NCBI GenBank assembly: GCA_038064595.1
Contig: JBBTSV010000009.1
Span: 8,769 to 72,768, forward strand
DNA: 64,000 nt
From: Patescibacteria group bacterium
GTDB lineage: Bacteria; Patescibacteriota; Minisyncoccia; Phycocordibacterales; Phycocordibacteraceae
Direction: 5' to 3'
The position numbers were made by a program, and so were the translations under genes. The notes under the pieces are model-generated. The model did no database searches. It had not been told where the DNA came from and saw only the letters and a list, made by a program, of their open reading frames with translations. Below, one piece after another: positions 18,622-28,144 of this stretch (positions are counted from its first letter, which is position 1; each line of letters opens with the position of its first letter).

Positions 18622-20484
18622 TTAGGAAAGGGTGAGCGCGTCGGTGAAGTATGCATCGTACCACGCCGCGAGCATCATGAGGATAAAAATCTTGCGGGCG
18701 TTGTTACGCGCGCCTGAGACGTGGTCCTGGATGAGCTTGCGCACGATAGTCATATCAAAATGCTGCGCGAGAAAGGGGTGGTTCACCAGAGGTCCCTGCC
18801 AGTCGGTGCGTTCCTTGAGCCACGCGGCAAGCGGGATCGGGAAGCCGAGCTTTTTCCGCTTCTGGGTGGTCGGCGGGACAAAGGCCTTGGCGGCCTTGCG
18901 CAAGAGGTACTTGGCATTCTCTACCGTGCCGTCCTGATAGCGTAGACGATCAGGGATCGTACGGGCAAAGTTGGCCACCTTCATGTCGAGAAAGGGAACC
19001 CGCAGCTCAAGCGAGTGCGCCATGGTCATCTTGTCGGCCTTCGCGAGGATATCGCCGGGGAGCCAGAGGTGCATATCGGCATACTGCATCTGGGTCGGCT
19101 CTGACCATCTCTGGACCTTCGCATAGAACGGATGCAGGTCGATACGTTTGTGAGGTGTACCCTTCCAGATCTTCCGTGCATCAGCGTCAGAAAAGATGTA
19201 GGCGTTCCCGATATAGCGTTCCGCGAGCGGCTTGCCGTAGCGCTTTAGAAAGTTGAGGCCGCGCAGAGAAAACGGGAGGCGGCCAAGCCAGAGCAACGGG
19301 ACGCGCAGCAGTGCCGGTAAACGTGCGAACGTGGCAAAGGAGTAGGGCTCGCGGTAAATCCCGTACCCGCCAAAGAGTTCGTCTGCTCCCTCGCCGGAGA
19401 GCACCACCTTCACGTGCTTGTGTGCCTCGCGCGCGAGGAAGTAGAGTGCGATGGCGGCCGGGTCAGCCACCGGCTCGTCAAAGTGCCACGCAATCTTCGG
19501 TAACATTTTGAAATATTCATCGGGGTCAAGCACGATCTCCGTGTGCGTTGTGTGAAGTGCGTCAGACTGCTCGCGCGCCTCGGCAAACTCATTGATCTCT
19601 TTTGACCCGATGGTGAAGGTCTTCAACTCTCCGGTGGGGTGCACCGCGCGGATGGCACCCACGATCAGCGCGCTATCGACGCCGCCGGAGAGGAAGGCTC
19701 CCAGCGGCACGTCGCTGATAAGATGATGTGCGACCGAGTCCTGTAGAATCTCCTCCAGCTCTTTGGTCGCTGTTCCCTCCTCCATGTGCCCATTCTCTTC
19801 AAAGCGATAATCCCAGTAGGTGGTGGCCTCGGCCTTACCGCTCGCCGCGTCGATCATGAGGTAGGTCGCCGGTGGGAGACGGTAGATCCCCTTGAAGAGA
19901 GTCTCGGGGAGCGGGTTGTACTGAAATGAGAGGTATTGGTAAATCGCCGCTTCATTCACCACCTTCTCAAAACCAGGATAGGTGAGTAAGCTCTTCACCT
20001 CCGAGCCGAGCGCACGTATCTTTCCTTCTTGTTCCAAGTAGTAGAGCGGCTTAATGCCAAAGGGGTCGCGCGCCGCCATCACCGTACCCTTTTTCATATC
20101 GTAGAGAAAGAAGGTGAACATCCCGCGCAGGAGCTTGACCACATCGGCGCCGCGCTCCTCGTACAGGTGGAGAATGACCTCCGTGTCACTCTCGGTCTTA
20201 AAGGTGTGTCCGCGCTCGAGGAGGCCGGTGCGGAGCTCGCGGTAGTTGTAGATTTCGCCATTGAAGACGATGAGGAGTGAACCGTCTTGTGAAGTGATCG
20301 GTTGCTTGCCGCCCGCAACGTCGATGATACTCAAGCGCCGCATCCCGAGCGCGACCGCCGGGTCAACGAAGGTGCCGCTATCGTCGGGGCCACGGTGTAT
20401 AATGCGCTCCAGCATCAGATCAAGCGCCTCCTGGGCCCCCTTTTTGCCCCCCACGGGGTGAATGATGCCAGCAATACCACACAT
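18622..20484 (-). CDS. asnB: Asparagine synthase (glutamine-hydrolysing) / amidotransferase
   Basis: MCGIAG, HRGPD, RRLSIID, FNGEIYN, LSGGVDS, SGEGADELFGGY. Confidence 0.95.
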   Translation of the reverse strand: MCGIAGIIHPVGGKKGAQEALDLMLERIIHRGPDDSGTFVDPAVALGMRRLSIIDVAGGKQPITSQDGSLLIVFNGEIYNYRELRTGLLERGHTFKTESDTEVILHLYEERGADVVKLLRGMFTFFLYDMKKGTVMAARDPFGIKPLYYLEQEGKIRALGSEVKSLLTYPGFEKVVNEAAIYQYLSFQYNPLPETLFKGIYRLPPATYLMIDAASGKAEATTYWDYRFEENGHMEEGTATKELEEILQDSVAHHLISDVPLGAFLSGGVDSALIVGAIRAVHPTGELKTFTIGSKEINEFAEAREQSDALHTTHTEIVLDPDEYFKMLPKIAWHFDEPVADPAAIALYFLAREAHKHVKVVLSGEGADELFGGYGIYREPYSFATFARLPALLRVPLLWLGRLPFSLRGLNFLKRYGKPLAERYIGNAYIFSDADARKIWKGTPHKRIDLHPFYAKVQRWSEPTQMQYADMHLWLPGDILAKADKMTMAHSLELRVPFLDMKVANFARTIPDRLRYQDGTVENAKYLLRKAAKAFVPPTTQKRKKLGFPIPLAAWLKERTDWQGPLVNHPFLAQHFDMTIVRKLIQDHVSGARNNARKIFILMMLAAWYDAYFTDALTLS

Positions 20485-20504
20485 ATTGAACTACTATACC
20501 ACGC

Positions 20505-21782
20505 ATGGAAAAACTCCTTAAAACGGCCAAGAAATTCATCCCGCACTGGCTTTTTACTACCCTCCAGCCGGCCTATCACTACCTCCTCGCCGCGGTCGGT
20601 GCGGTGCGCTTTGGGTTCCCGTCACGGAAACTCTGTGTGGTCGGCGTCACCGGAACCAATGGCAAGACAACAACGGCTACCCTGCTCTATCGCGTCGCAA
20701 CTGCGCTTGGTTATAAGGCAGGTCTTATTTCTACCGTGGAGAACATTATTGCGGGCACCGTGGTTCCCACTAACCACACGACCCCCGACCCGATCTCGCT
20801 CAACAGAACCTTGCGAGACATGGTTGACGCAGGCTGCACTCACGTCTTTATGGAGGTGTCATCACACGCACTGCATCAGAACCGTGTGATGGGCGTACGA
20901 TTTGCTGGAGGGATATTTACCAATATCACACACGACCATCTCGACTATCACAAAACTTTTGAGAACTATTTTCGGGCAAAGAAAAAATTCTTTGAGATGC
21001 TCCCCAAGGGCGCCTTTGCTCTCTCCAACACCGACGCGAAGCACGGAGACACGATGCTTGAACACATCGACGCCACGCCCTACTCGTACGGCTTCCAAGG
21101 GAGCGAGAACTTCCATGGTGAAATAGTGGAGGTTAGCGTTCATGGATTGCGCCTTGTCTTTAATGGCGTCGCGGTGAGTGCCAAACTCCTCGGCACCTTC
21201 AATGCCTACAATCTTCTCGCGGTGTGGAGCGCGTGCCAGTTACTCGGTTTCGACGGAGAGAAGGTCACGGAAATTTTGAAAGATATAGAACCCCCGACGG
21301 GACGCTTTGAGCACTTCATGTCGCCCTTGGGCGTGATGGTGATCGTTGACTACGCCCACACGCCTGACGCTCTAGAGAACGTGCTCCGCACGATACGAAC
21401 CTCGTTTACAGGTGCACGAGTGATTTCTATCTTTGGGTGCGGCGGTGATCGCGACCCGATGAAGCGTAAACTGATGGGAGAGATTGGCACACGACTCTCC
21501 GACATCGCCATATTCACCTCCGACAATCCGCGAAGCGAGGATCCCGAAAAGATTCTTGACCAGATGGAGAGCACGCTCTCCGAGGCAGAGCGAGAGAAAG
21601 TGACTCGCATCGCCGATCGTCGTGCGGCGATCGCGCACGCGCTGGAAATAGCTCGCAAGGGCGAAATCGTGCTGTGCGCCGGCAAGGGGCACGAAGACTA
21701 TCAGGAGATCAGGGGCGAGAGGCACCACTTCAACGACGCTGAAGAGTTCAAGAAGCTTTTTGTAAAGAACGTAGGCCCGTAA
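20505..21782 (+). CDS. murE: UDP-MurNAc-tripeptide ligase
   Basis: GTNGKTT, MEVSSH, DHLDYH, DYAHTPD, GCGGDRD, DNPR, GKGHE. Confidence 0.95.
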   Translation: MEKLLKTAKKFIPHWLFTTLQPAYHYLLAAVGAVRFGFPSRKLCVVGVTGTNGKTTTATLLYRVATALGYKAGLISTVENIIAGTVVPTNHTTPDPISLNRTLRDMVDAGCTHVFMEVSSHALHQNRVMGVRFAGGIFTNITHDHLDYHKTFENYFRAKKKFFEMLPKGAFALSNTDAKHGDTMLEHIDATPYSYGFQGSENFHGEIVEVSVHGLRLVFNGVAVSAKLLGTFNAYNLLAVWSACQLLGFDGEKVTEILKDIEPPTGRFEHFMSPLGVMVIVDYAHTPDALENVLRTIRTSFTGARVISIFGCGGDRDPMKRKLMGEIGTRLSDIAIFTSDNPRSEDPEKILDQMESTLSEAEREKVTRIADRRAAIAHALEIARKGEIVLCAGKGHEDYQEIRGERHHFNDAEEFKKLFVKNVGP

Positions 21783-21809
21783 AGATAAGCTGAAATATAT
21801 GGCGAGTAA

Positions 21810-22649
21810 CTAGCCCTCGAGGAGGCTGGTTGCTTCGGCGAGAATTTCGCCGACCCGTTCACTCGAGAGGTGGAGTACATCGAGACGCGTCCGATCTTCA
21901 ACCAATTCGTCGACCGCGATGGTTCCATGCTCAATCAACATCCGCTTCTCGGCGAGTGAGAAATTCGTGAGCGCAGTTATGGGATAGACTTTTGTGCGAG
22001 ACATCTGCATGTACAGTGTGTTGTCGAGAGGATACCCCCACCCCAAGAGCTCAACTCCCGAGCACTGTGCATAGGCAATCGCCTCCGAAGTAAATTTAGT
22101 ATTGGTGACGAGCATGCCACGATCAATCGGACACTCACGTTTTGTTGGATCGCATGAAAAAATATCGTCAAAACGACTCTTGACATACAGGGCGACCTTG
22201 AGGTCAGTCTTATACCCCGGATCATTATGGTACTTCAGCTCGGCCGCAAGAAATGTGTTTTGGTCTGGATGCGACGCGTAAAAATCAACTTCATGGGCGA
22301 CACACTTCCCTTGGATTATTTTTCGTGTCTCGACCTGCCAGCCCTCTTTTTTAAAAAGGTGAGAGATGAAATCTTCAAATGGGTGTCCTGTCGGCCCAAG
22401 CTCAAGAAGCGCACGGCGGAGCGCGTAGCGGGCGGCGACGGGGCGCGCTTCCCTCCGCAGAAGGGCAAACGCGCGAGAATAAATCTCTCGTGAGGACGCG
22501 CCCGGCAAAACGGTTGTGGTGATAGCACGAGCGATACGTTCAGCGGTATGTGCGCCAGCCCCCGCGCGCTCAAGTGAGACAATGAGCCGTGTTGGATCAA
22601 ACACCTCGTGTGTCCCGTCGGCCTTGACGATGGTAGGAGGTGGGATCAT
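21810..22649 (-). CDS. ATP-cone domain fused to a restriction-endonuclease-like domain
   Basis: IVKADGTHEVFD N-terminus; GHPFE..HEVD..AELKYH, LVTNTKFT. Confidence 0.8.
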   Translation of the reverse strand: MIPPPTIVKADGTHEVFDPTRLIVSLERAGAGAHTAERIARAITTTVLPGASSREIYSRAFALLRREARPVAARYALRRALLELGPTGHPFEDFISHLFKKEGWQVETRKIIQGKCVAHEVDFYASHPDQNTFLAAELKYHNDPGYKTDLKVALYVKSRFDDIFSCDPTKRECPIDRGMLVTNTKFTSEAIAYAQCSGVELLGWGYPLDNTLYMQMSRTKVYPITALTNFSLAEKRMLIEHGTIAVDELVEDRTRLDVLHLSSERVGEILAEATSLLEG

Positions 22650-23062
22650 GAGCGTGTAGTGCTTGCCGTGACACCGTTGACGGTCACGGTTATCGGCAGC
22701 TCGGCGGGCGCCGCAAGCGTGGTCGAAAAAGAGACTGTCGTAGGGAGTTGGAGACACACTCCCGTATCAGAGGATACGGTAAGGGCAACCTCGATGCTCT
22801 CTGGACTCGTTGAGGCCCCGCGGAGGTATGCCGCAGCGACAATGGTCGTACAAACGGTTGGTACCTCAAGCGAGCCTGAGAGCGTGTGCTGTCCTTTTTG
22901 ATAACTATCGCGAAGCGACACGACTGGGATTATTAGTGCAGCCTGTTTCTCGTCAGAAGGGGGGATGATGTCGCGCGTTGTGTGCGGAACTGAAATCACA
23001 AACCCGCCGACGATAATAACTGCGATGATGGTCGCTGCGACCCATAGTCGTCTCTGATTCAT
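22646..23062 (-). CDS. Hypothetical exported protein
   Basis: N-terminal TM, PTVC...CLQ Cys pair; overlaps both neighbours by 4 bp. Confidence 0.75.
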   Translation of the reverse strand: MNQRRLWVAATIIAVIIVGGFVISVPHTTRDIIPPSDEKQAALIIPVVSLRDSYQKGQHTLSGSLEVPTVCTTIVAAAYLRGASTSPESIEVALTVSSDTGVCLQLPTTVSFSTTLAAPAELPITVTVNGVTASTTRS

Positions 23063-23994
23063 GCGGTAATAATACCACCACCCGCGAGCATTCCACGAGC
23101 GGTAAAGAAAACAATCGACTGACCCGGCGTTGGGAGTTCAGGGAGTGTGGTGAGTGCACCAAACGTGTCTCCCTTCACGTGGCCCGCAGAGCGCGGGCCA
23201 CGATAGCGATACTGTGCATCGACCACTTCTTGTGGGTCGGTGAACCAGTTCGCATCGCGGAAGCGGATCGCGGTCACCGTTGATGCGCGCGTCTTGGACA
23301 CCTGCACTTCTCCGGTCTCGACATCCTTACCAACCACATACCACGGCCCCCCTGTCCGAGGGATGCGCTGACCGATGGTGTATAAAAGCGCTGGGTTATC
23401 ACTCCCCAATTCAGCGCGCAAGAACTCTTCAACCGAGACGCTCCCTAGAAAACAGACACCCTGACTATCCTTTTTTTCTGCAACGGGAAGATTGAACTTC
23501 TGTGCAAGCTCACGCACTTTTTCTTTCTCCATCTGGCCGACCGGAAAGAGTGTCGCCTCAAGAACTTCTTTCGGCACTGCCCAGAGAAAGTAACTCTGAT
23601 CTTTCTCACCGGAGCGATAGTGGCCCATCGCGATAGCATCGGCACCCTGTGCCATCGCATAGTGATAGAATGCGCCAAACTTCACTTCCTTATTGCACAT
23701 CACGTCTGGATTGGGAGTACGGCCAGCGCGATACTCGCGCAGCAAGTAATCGATGACACCTTTCTTATATTCTGCACTCGCGTCAAGCGTGAGGAACGGG
23801 ATCTGGAGACGTGCCGCAACGCGCATCGCATCGCGACGCTCCTCTGCCCAGCTGCAGGGCATGCCGGGCGGGTACCAGCCCTTGATAAACACGCCAGTCA
23901 CGTGCGCTCCCGCCTCCTGAAGAAGTGCGGCAGACACCGCCGAGTCCACCCCTCCCGAGAGCCCCACGTATATCTCCTTTCCTTTCACATCCAT
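23059..23994 (-). CDS. mnmA: tRNA-specific 2-thiouridylase
   Basis: SGGVDS, TPNPDVMCN, KDQSYFL, KKDSQGVCF, YTIGQR, PGQ. Confidence 0.96.
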   Translation of the reverse strand: MDVKGKEIYVGLSGGVDSAVSAALLQEAGAHVTGVFIKGWYPPGMPCSWAEERRDAMRVAARLQIPFLTLDASAEYKKGVIDYLLREYRAGRTPNPDVMCNKEVKFGAFYHYAMAQGADAIAMGHYRSGEKDQSYFLWAVPKEVLEATLFPVGQMEKEKVRELAQKFNLPVAEKKDSQGVCFLGSVSVEEFLRAELGSDNPALLYTIGQRIPRTGGPWYVVGKDVETGEVQVSKTRASTVTAIRFRDANWFTDPQEVVDAQYRYRGPRSAGHVKGDTFGALTTLPELPTPGQSIVFFTARGMLAGGGIITA

Positions 23995-24026
23995 TGAGAC
24001 ATCTAATCATGCTTCCCGTTTGGTAG

Positions 24027-24986
24027 CTATCGTGAGAGATATTTGGCTTGATTGGCCTGGTGGCCTGCGTAAGTAGCGGCGTAACGCATCACGCCGTCGC
24101 GGTCGGTGAGGTAGTAGAGGTAGGGGGTTTTCGTCGGGTGGAGCGCCGCCTCGATGCTCTCAAGTCCTGGGTTACAGATGGGTCCCGGCGGGAGCCCCCG
24201 ATAGAGGTAGGTGTTATACGGTGAGTCGACTTTGAGGTCCTCATACGAGGGCGAGTATGTGGGGCGCGCAAAAATATACCCAAAGACAGCGTCGACCTGA
24301 AGCGGCATGTCAATCAAGAGGCGGCGCCAGAGAATCCCGGAGATGACGCGCTTGGTCTCAAGGGTGCGCGCCTCCCGCTCAAGGAGCGACGCCATGATGA
24401 CAATGTCGGAAAGGCGGCGACCCGACGCGCGAATCTCGGCGGCATAGGGCGCGATCTTGGCGTCGAAGGTGGTGCGCATTGCCTGTACCACGGAATCTGC
24501 ATCAGCTCCGGGCGGGAAAATATAGGTATCGGGAAAGAGGTATCCCTCATACTCTTTTCCTGCCACCCTCACCTCTTCAGCAGAGATCTCCGGAAGCGCA
24601 TCGGCAACTCGGTCCGCGATCTCACGCACCGTGAGTCCTTCAAAGATCGTGATTCGTGCAGGGGGTATCCCGTAGTCGCCGTGTCCAAGTCGCCACGCAA
24701 TCAAGAGGCTACTCTGCGGTTTTGAAAAGTTGTAGGCCCCCGCCTGCACGGTCGTAGCCGACCCAAAGAGACGAAGCACATAGGGGAAGAGGCTCTCATG
24801 GCGAATGAGGCGGGCGGCAGCGAGCTTCTGTGCAATTACCGGAGCGGGATCCCCTTTTTTAACGACAAAGATCTCTCCCGTAGGGAACGCAGTCGGCGAC
24901 CCAAAGAGATACGCATAGCTCAACAGGCAGAAAAGAACGACCACGCCCGCTACCGCCCACCGCTTGTGTCCTAGAATGTGCCGCAT
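24027..24986 (-). CDS. mltG: Endolytic transglycosylase MltG
   Basis: EGYLFPDTY, MASLLERE, SPYNTY..GLPPGPICNPG. Confidence 0.94.
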   Translation of the reverse strand: MRHILGHKRWAVAGVVVLFCLLSYAYLFGSPTAFPTGEIFVVKKGDPAPVIAQKLAAARLIRHESLFPYVLRLFGSATTVQAGAYNFSKPQSSLLIAWRLGHGDYGIPPARITIFEGLTVREIADRVADALPEISAEEVRVAGKEYEGYLFPDTYIFPPGADADSVVQAMRTTFDAKIAPYAAEIRASGRRLSDIVIMASLLEREARTLETKRVISGILWRRLLIDMPLQVDAVFGYIFARPTYSPSYEDLKVDSPYNTYLYRGLPPGPICNPGLESIEAALHPTKTPYLYYLTDRDGVMRYAATYAGHQANQAKYLSR

Positions 24987-24995
24987 GCCCGTGTA

Positions 24996-26360
24996 TTAAA
25001 TAGGGAGATCGGTTGGTGCGTCGCCGGTTGCCGAATGGACGCGATTAAGCCCCGGCGTCTCCACCGAGCGCGAGGGGATATGAAAAATGGTCGCAAGCTC
25101 TTCGGTACTCATCACCATAAGTTCATGCATTTTGAGCCCACCCTCAAAAAAGGGGTCGTAAAAGAATTGCCGGCGACGGTACGCCTCAACAAGCTCGTGC
25201 CGGAATTCATTCTTACGCTTCTCGACGCCGATTTCCCACGGATAATCGTCAAATTTTTTCATCCAGTTGGTCGAATTGATACCGTTCCACCCCTCGGTCG
25301 AGAAAGGCTTGAAGAGTGCGATCATATGCGCAATGGTAGGACCGTAGAAATTCTCGGGGCGGGCGAGATAGATGCAGCGCGCACCGACATCAAAACCCAG
25401 TTTGGAGACATTCCGGTCAATAGCAGCCATCTTCTCAAGTTGTCCCTTTGTCGGGTTCGGGAATCCAGGGCGTTCCTCTCCTGTCACAATGTCGATATAG
25501 GTATCACGAGTCGTTTCTCGAATTTTCATTATGAGCTCCTTGGCCTGATCCTTCCAGGTGTAGACCTTTCCTTCGGTATTGAGCTTCCCGTATTTCTCGC
25601 CCTTGTGGGCGCGAATAACAAACTGGAGCCAGAGATACTCCCCTTTTCCGACTGACGCCATAAACTCGATGAGGTTAGCGAGCGGGTCCGTCTGTTCCGG
25701 CTCTTTCTGAACCTTATCGAGCCCATACTCAACGTACGTTTTAATAGGAAGCGCGTCGTTGTCGGCGGTGTGTTTAAAATCACAGCCCCAGATGCTCCAT
25801 TCATGAGACGGTGCATTCAGCATGCGGGTGTAGTCGGGTGCCTCGATGATCTGCATCCCGGGGTACTGTGCGTAGAGCTGGCTCTCGACGAGGCGTCGAA
25901 GCTCTGCGCGTCCCCAGATAAAGAAATGTACTTCACCTTCAAATGAGGCTATCTCGAGTGAGAAGTAGGGGCGGATGCCTCCCTGGAAGCGCTGCCACCA
26001 CGTCGACTCCCCGCCCGTGAGGTGAAGGGTCGAGAGAAAGGCCTCCATAGCAAGCGGGGTCTTGACTAGGGTGCGCGGCGGCTTGAGCTCAAGAAGGATG
26101 TAGTTCTTCTTGGCAATAAATTCTGAGCGTTTCAAGATATACCACAGATGGTACGCACTCCCGACCAGAAGGATAGGGAGCCACATGGGTGCGAGCCAGA
26201 ACGCTATCGCCAGTGCCTCTGACACCGTCGCAGGCATAAAAACAAATGCCATGAGGAGTACCGAGAGACCGAGGAGCAGAACCGGCCATTTCTCAAAACG
26301 GAGGCCAATCCGGTTATTAAGGTCTTTTTGTATCGCCTCAAGCTGGTGCAGAAATAACAT
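24996..26360 (-). CDS. Hypothetical membrane-anchored protein
   Basis: Long ORF with N-terminal TMs; FSLEIAS, QLYAQYP, EELATIFHIP; start uncertain. Confidence 0.75.
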   Translation of the reverse strand: MLFLHQLEAIQKDLNNRIGLRFEKWPVLLLGLSVLLMAFVFMPATVSEALAIAFWLAPMWLPILLVGSAYHLWYILKRSEFIAKKNYILLELKPPRTLVKTPLAMEAFLSTLHLTGGESTWWQRFQGGIRPYFSLEIASFEGEVHFFIWGRAELRRLVESQLYAQYPGMQIIEAPDYTRMLNAPSHEWSIWGCDFKHTADNDALPIKTYVEYGLDKVQKEPEQTDPLANLIEFMASVGKGEYLWLQFVIRAHKGEKYGKLNTEGKVYTWKDQAKELIMKIRETTRDTYIDIVTGEERPGFPNPTKGQLEKMAAIDRNVSKLGFDVGARCIYLARPENFYGPTIAHMIALFKPFSTEGWNGINSTNWMKKFDDYPWEIGVEKRKNEFRHELVEAYRRRQFFYDPFFEGGLKMHELMVMSTEELATIFHIPSRSVETPGLNRVHSATGDAPTDLPI

Positions 26361-26380
26361 GGATGACTCCAGTATATCAA

Positions 26381-26415
26381 ACAAAGTGCGGTGCCCACCG
26401 GGCACCGCACTTTGT
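26381..26415. terminator. Perfect 16-bp-stem hairpin
   Basis: acaaagtgcggtgccc-acc-gggcaccgcactttgt downstream of the 26433-27512 gene. Confidence 0.6.
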
Positions 26416-26432
26416 GTGTCGATATTAGATAT

Positions 26433-27512
26433 CTAAACTGCGACGTAGCGTCCGTCCTTGAGACGTTTGAAATAGCGTGCGTCGTTGAGGTTGACCAAGA
26501 TGGTGTTGTCCTTCACAAACCGTGCACGCTTCACCTGATGAATAATTTCATCCTTTTTCATCGGGCCATTACTCGCCAGTGTCTCGCGGATCACATCGCG
26601 CACGACGCCGGGCTTGTAGCCCCACTCGGTGAGTGCGTAGAGTCCTCGGCCCACGAGTACAAACCGGGGATCCTTGATGAGCTCGTTGTGGGTCGTCGCA
26701 ATGTGCGCCTTCTTGGAGAAGAGCGAGCCGATGGTCTTGGCAACGGTGGAGAAGTGCATCGGTTCGCCATGGCGCTTCACGGCGAGATAGGCATAGTCAC
26801 GGATACCCTTGATGCGAATCGCTGGAGCTGACGCGCGCCCCCACTCAGCGAGCGGATTATTCCCGATGTGCTTTGAGAGTGAGAGCCACCGCTTGAGCAC
26901 CTCTTCATTCTTATACGCATCATTAACCTCTTTGAGTTCCTCGAGAAAACGGTCGAGGAGATCACCCTCGGAGAGGACCTCGTCATCAGAAAGCGAAGCG
27001 TAGAGACGCGAGAGCGCGTCGTGAATATGCTTTGCCGTTGCCTTATCGACGTGCCAGCGGGCAAAAAATTCATTTGTCTCGCGCTCGCGATAAAATGCTG
27101 AATCGAGCATCAAGAAAAAGCGGAAACGGTTGCGCGTCTTCTCGTCTTTCCCAAGAAGCGCGAGCAGCACCTCTTCAGGAACGATTGCGCCAAGCGCGTC
27201 GATGTACGCCGCGAGCTCCGTGAATGAGGCTGCCGCCTCTTTAAACGCCTTGCTCGCACGGACGGCGTCAAGACCTGCGGCCTCGATCTGGCGAACACGC
27301 TCACGGGTCACCCCTGCGTGGTCACCGATCGCCTCAAGAGTTTCGCGGGTCGCCGTGGTACCAAGCCCAAAACGGCGTGTGAGTACTTCGCGTGCCCGAG
27401 TCGGCGCGGCCGCGAGGAGACGCTTGACCAGTGCTGCACTGTCAAACGAAAACGAGGCGGGCGAAGCCGTCTTGGCGGGCATGGGCCGTTTCGATTTAGC
27501 GACCTTCTTCAT
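26433..27512 (-). CDS. Sigma-70 region 4 + winged-helix (HARE-HTH/RpoE-delta-like) protein
   Basis: RRFGL..TLEAIG..VTRERVRQIE; HNELIKDPRFVLVGRGLYALTEW. Confidence 0.8.
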   Translation of the reverse strand: MKKVAKSKRPMPAKTASPASFSFDSAALVKRLLAAAPTRAREVLTRRFGLGTTATRETLEAIGDHAGVTRERVRQIEAAGLDAVRASKAFKEAAASFTELAAYIDALGAIVPEEVLLALLGKDEKTRNRFRFFLMLDSAFYRERETNEFFARWHVDKATAKHIHDALSRLYASLSDDEVLSEGDLLDRFLEELKEVNDAYKNEEVLKRWLSLSKHIGNNPLAEWGRASAPAIRIKGIRDYAYLAVKRHGEPMHFSTVAKTIGSLFSKKAHIATTHNELIKDPRFVLVGRGLYALTEWGYKPGVVRDVIRETLASNGPMKKDEIIHQVKRARFVKDNTILVNLNDARYFKRLKDGRYVAV

Positions 27513-27589
27513 GTGGTCTAATATATACCAAATCCCTTACAAGACGTCAATAGGCCGGTTTTTACCCCACCACCCGTATCCACAGGGAC

Positions 27590-27618
27590 TTGCAAAAAGG
27601 GTACATTTCTGGCATATT
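27590..27618 (+). promoter_or_regulatory. Promoter of the RRM gene
   Basis: TTGCAA-17-CATATT with TG extension. Confidence 0.5.
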
Positions 27619-27707
27619 GTGGTTACTCGCAGAGTATTCGAGCTTCGCTCGGTCGTATACGACCGCAAGTGTTCAGTTTCGGCGAGATTAACCGGTTAGA
27701 TCTACAC

Positions 27708-28073
27708 ATGGACAATCAGCAGGCAGCAGTTCAGGGAAACAAGCTCTACGTAGGCGGTATTCCCTACCGCTCGACCGAGGACGACCTTAAGAAGGCCTTT
27801 GGTGAGGCCGGAAACGTCGTTTCCGCGAGCATTATTAGCGACCGCATGACAGGTCGTTCACGTGGCTTCGGCTTCGTTGAAATGGCATCTGAAGCGGAAG
27901 CTCAAGCAGCTATCGACCGCTGGGATGGCAAAGAGATGGATGGGCGCACGCTCTCCGTCTCCTTTGCTCGCCCGCAAGGTGATCGTCCTCCGCGCCGCGA
28001 CGGCGGTTTTGGGGGCGGTGATCGTGGTGGTTTCGGTGGTGGTCAAGGCGGCTATGGCCGCGGTGGGTACTAA
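27708..28073 (+). CDS. RRM RNA-binding protein with Gly-rich tail
   Basis: RNP2 LYVGGI, RNP1 RGFGFVEM, RGG-rich C-terminus. Confidence 0.95.
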   Translation: MDNQQAAVQGNKLYVGGIPYRSTEDDLKKAFGEAGNVVSASIISDRMTGRSRGFGFVEMASEAEAQAAIDRWDGKEMDGRTLSVSFARPQGDRPPRRDGGFGGGDRGGFGGGQGGYGRGGY

Positions 28074-28081
28074 CTCACGCC

Positions 28082-28132
28082 CCACAAAACAGTCCCGCCC
28101 GTTCATAAAGAACGGGCGGGACTGTTTTGTGG
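28082..28132 (+). terminator. 23-bp-stem terminator
   Basis: ccacaaaacagtcccgcccgttc-ataaa-gaacgggcgggactgttttgtgg. Confidence 0.75.
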
Positions 28133-28144
28133 TAGCGTCTCTCT

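Noticed and set aside
27560-27590. DnaA-box-like gtatccaca as a replication origin
   Set aside because: Single imperfect box, no cluster, no AT-rich unwinding element and no dnaA/dnaN nearby.
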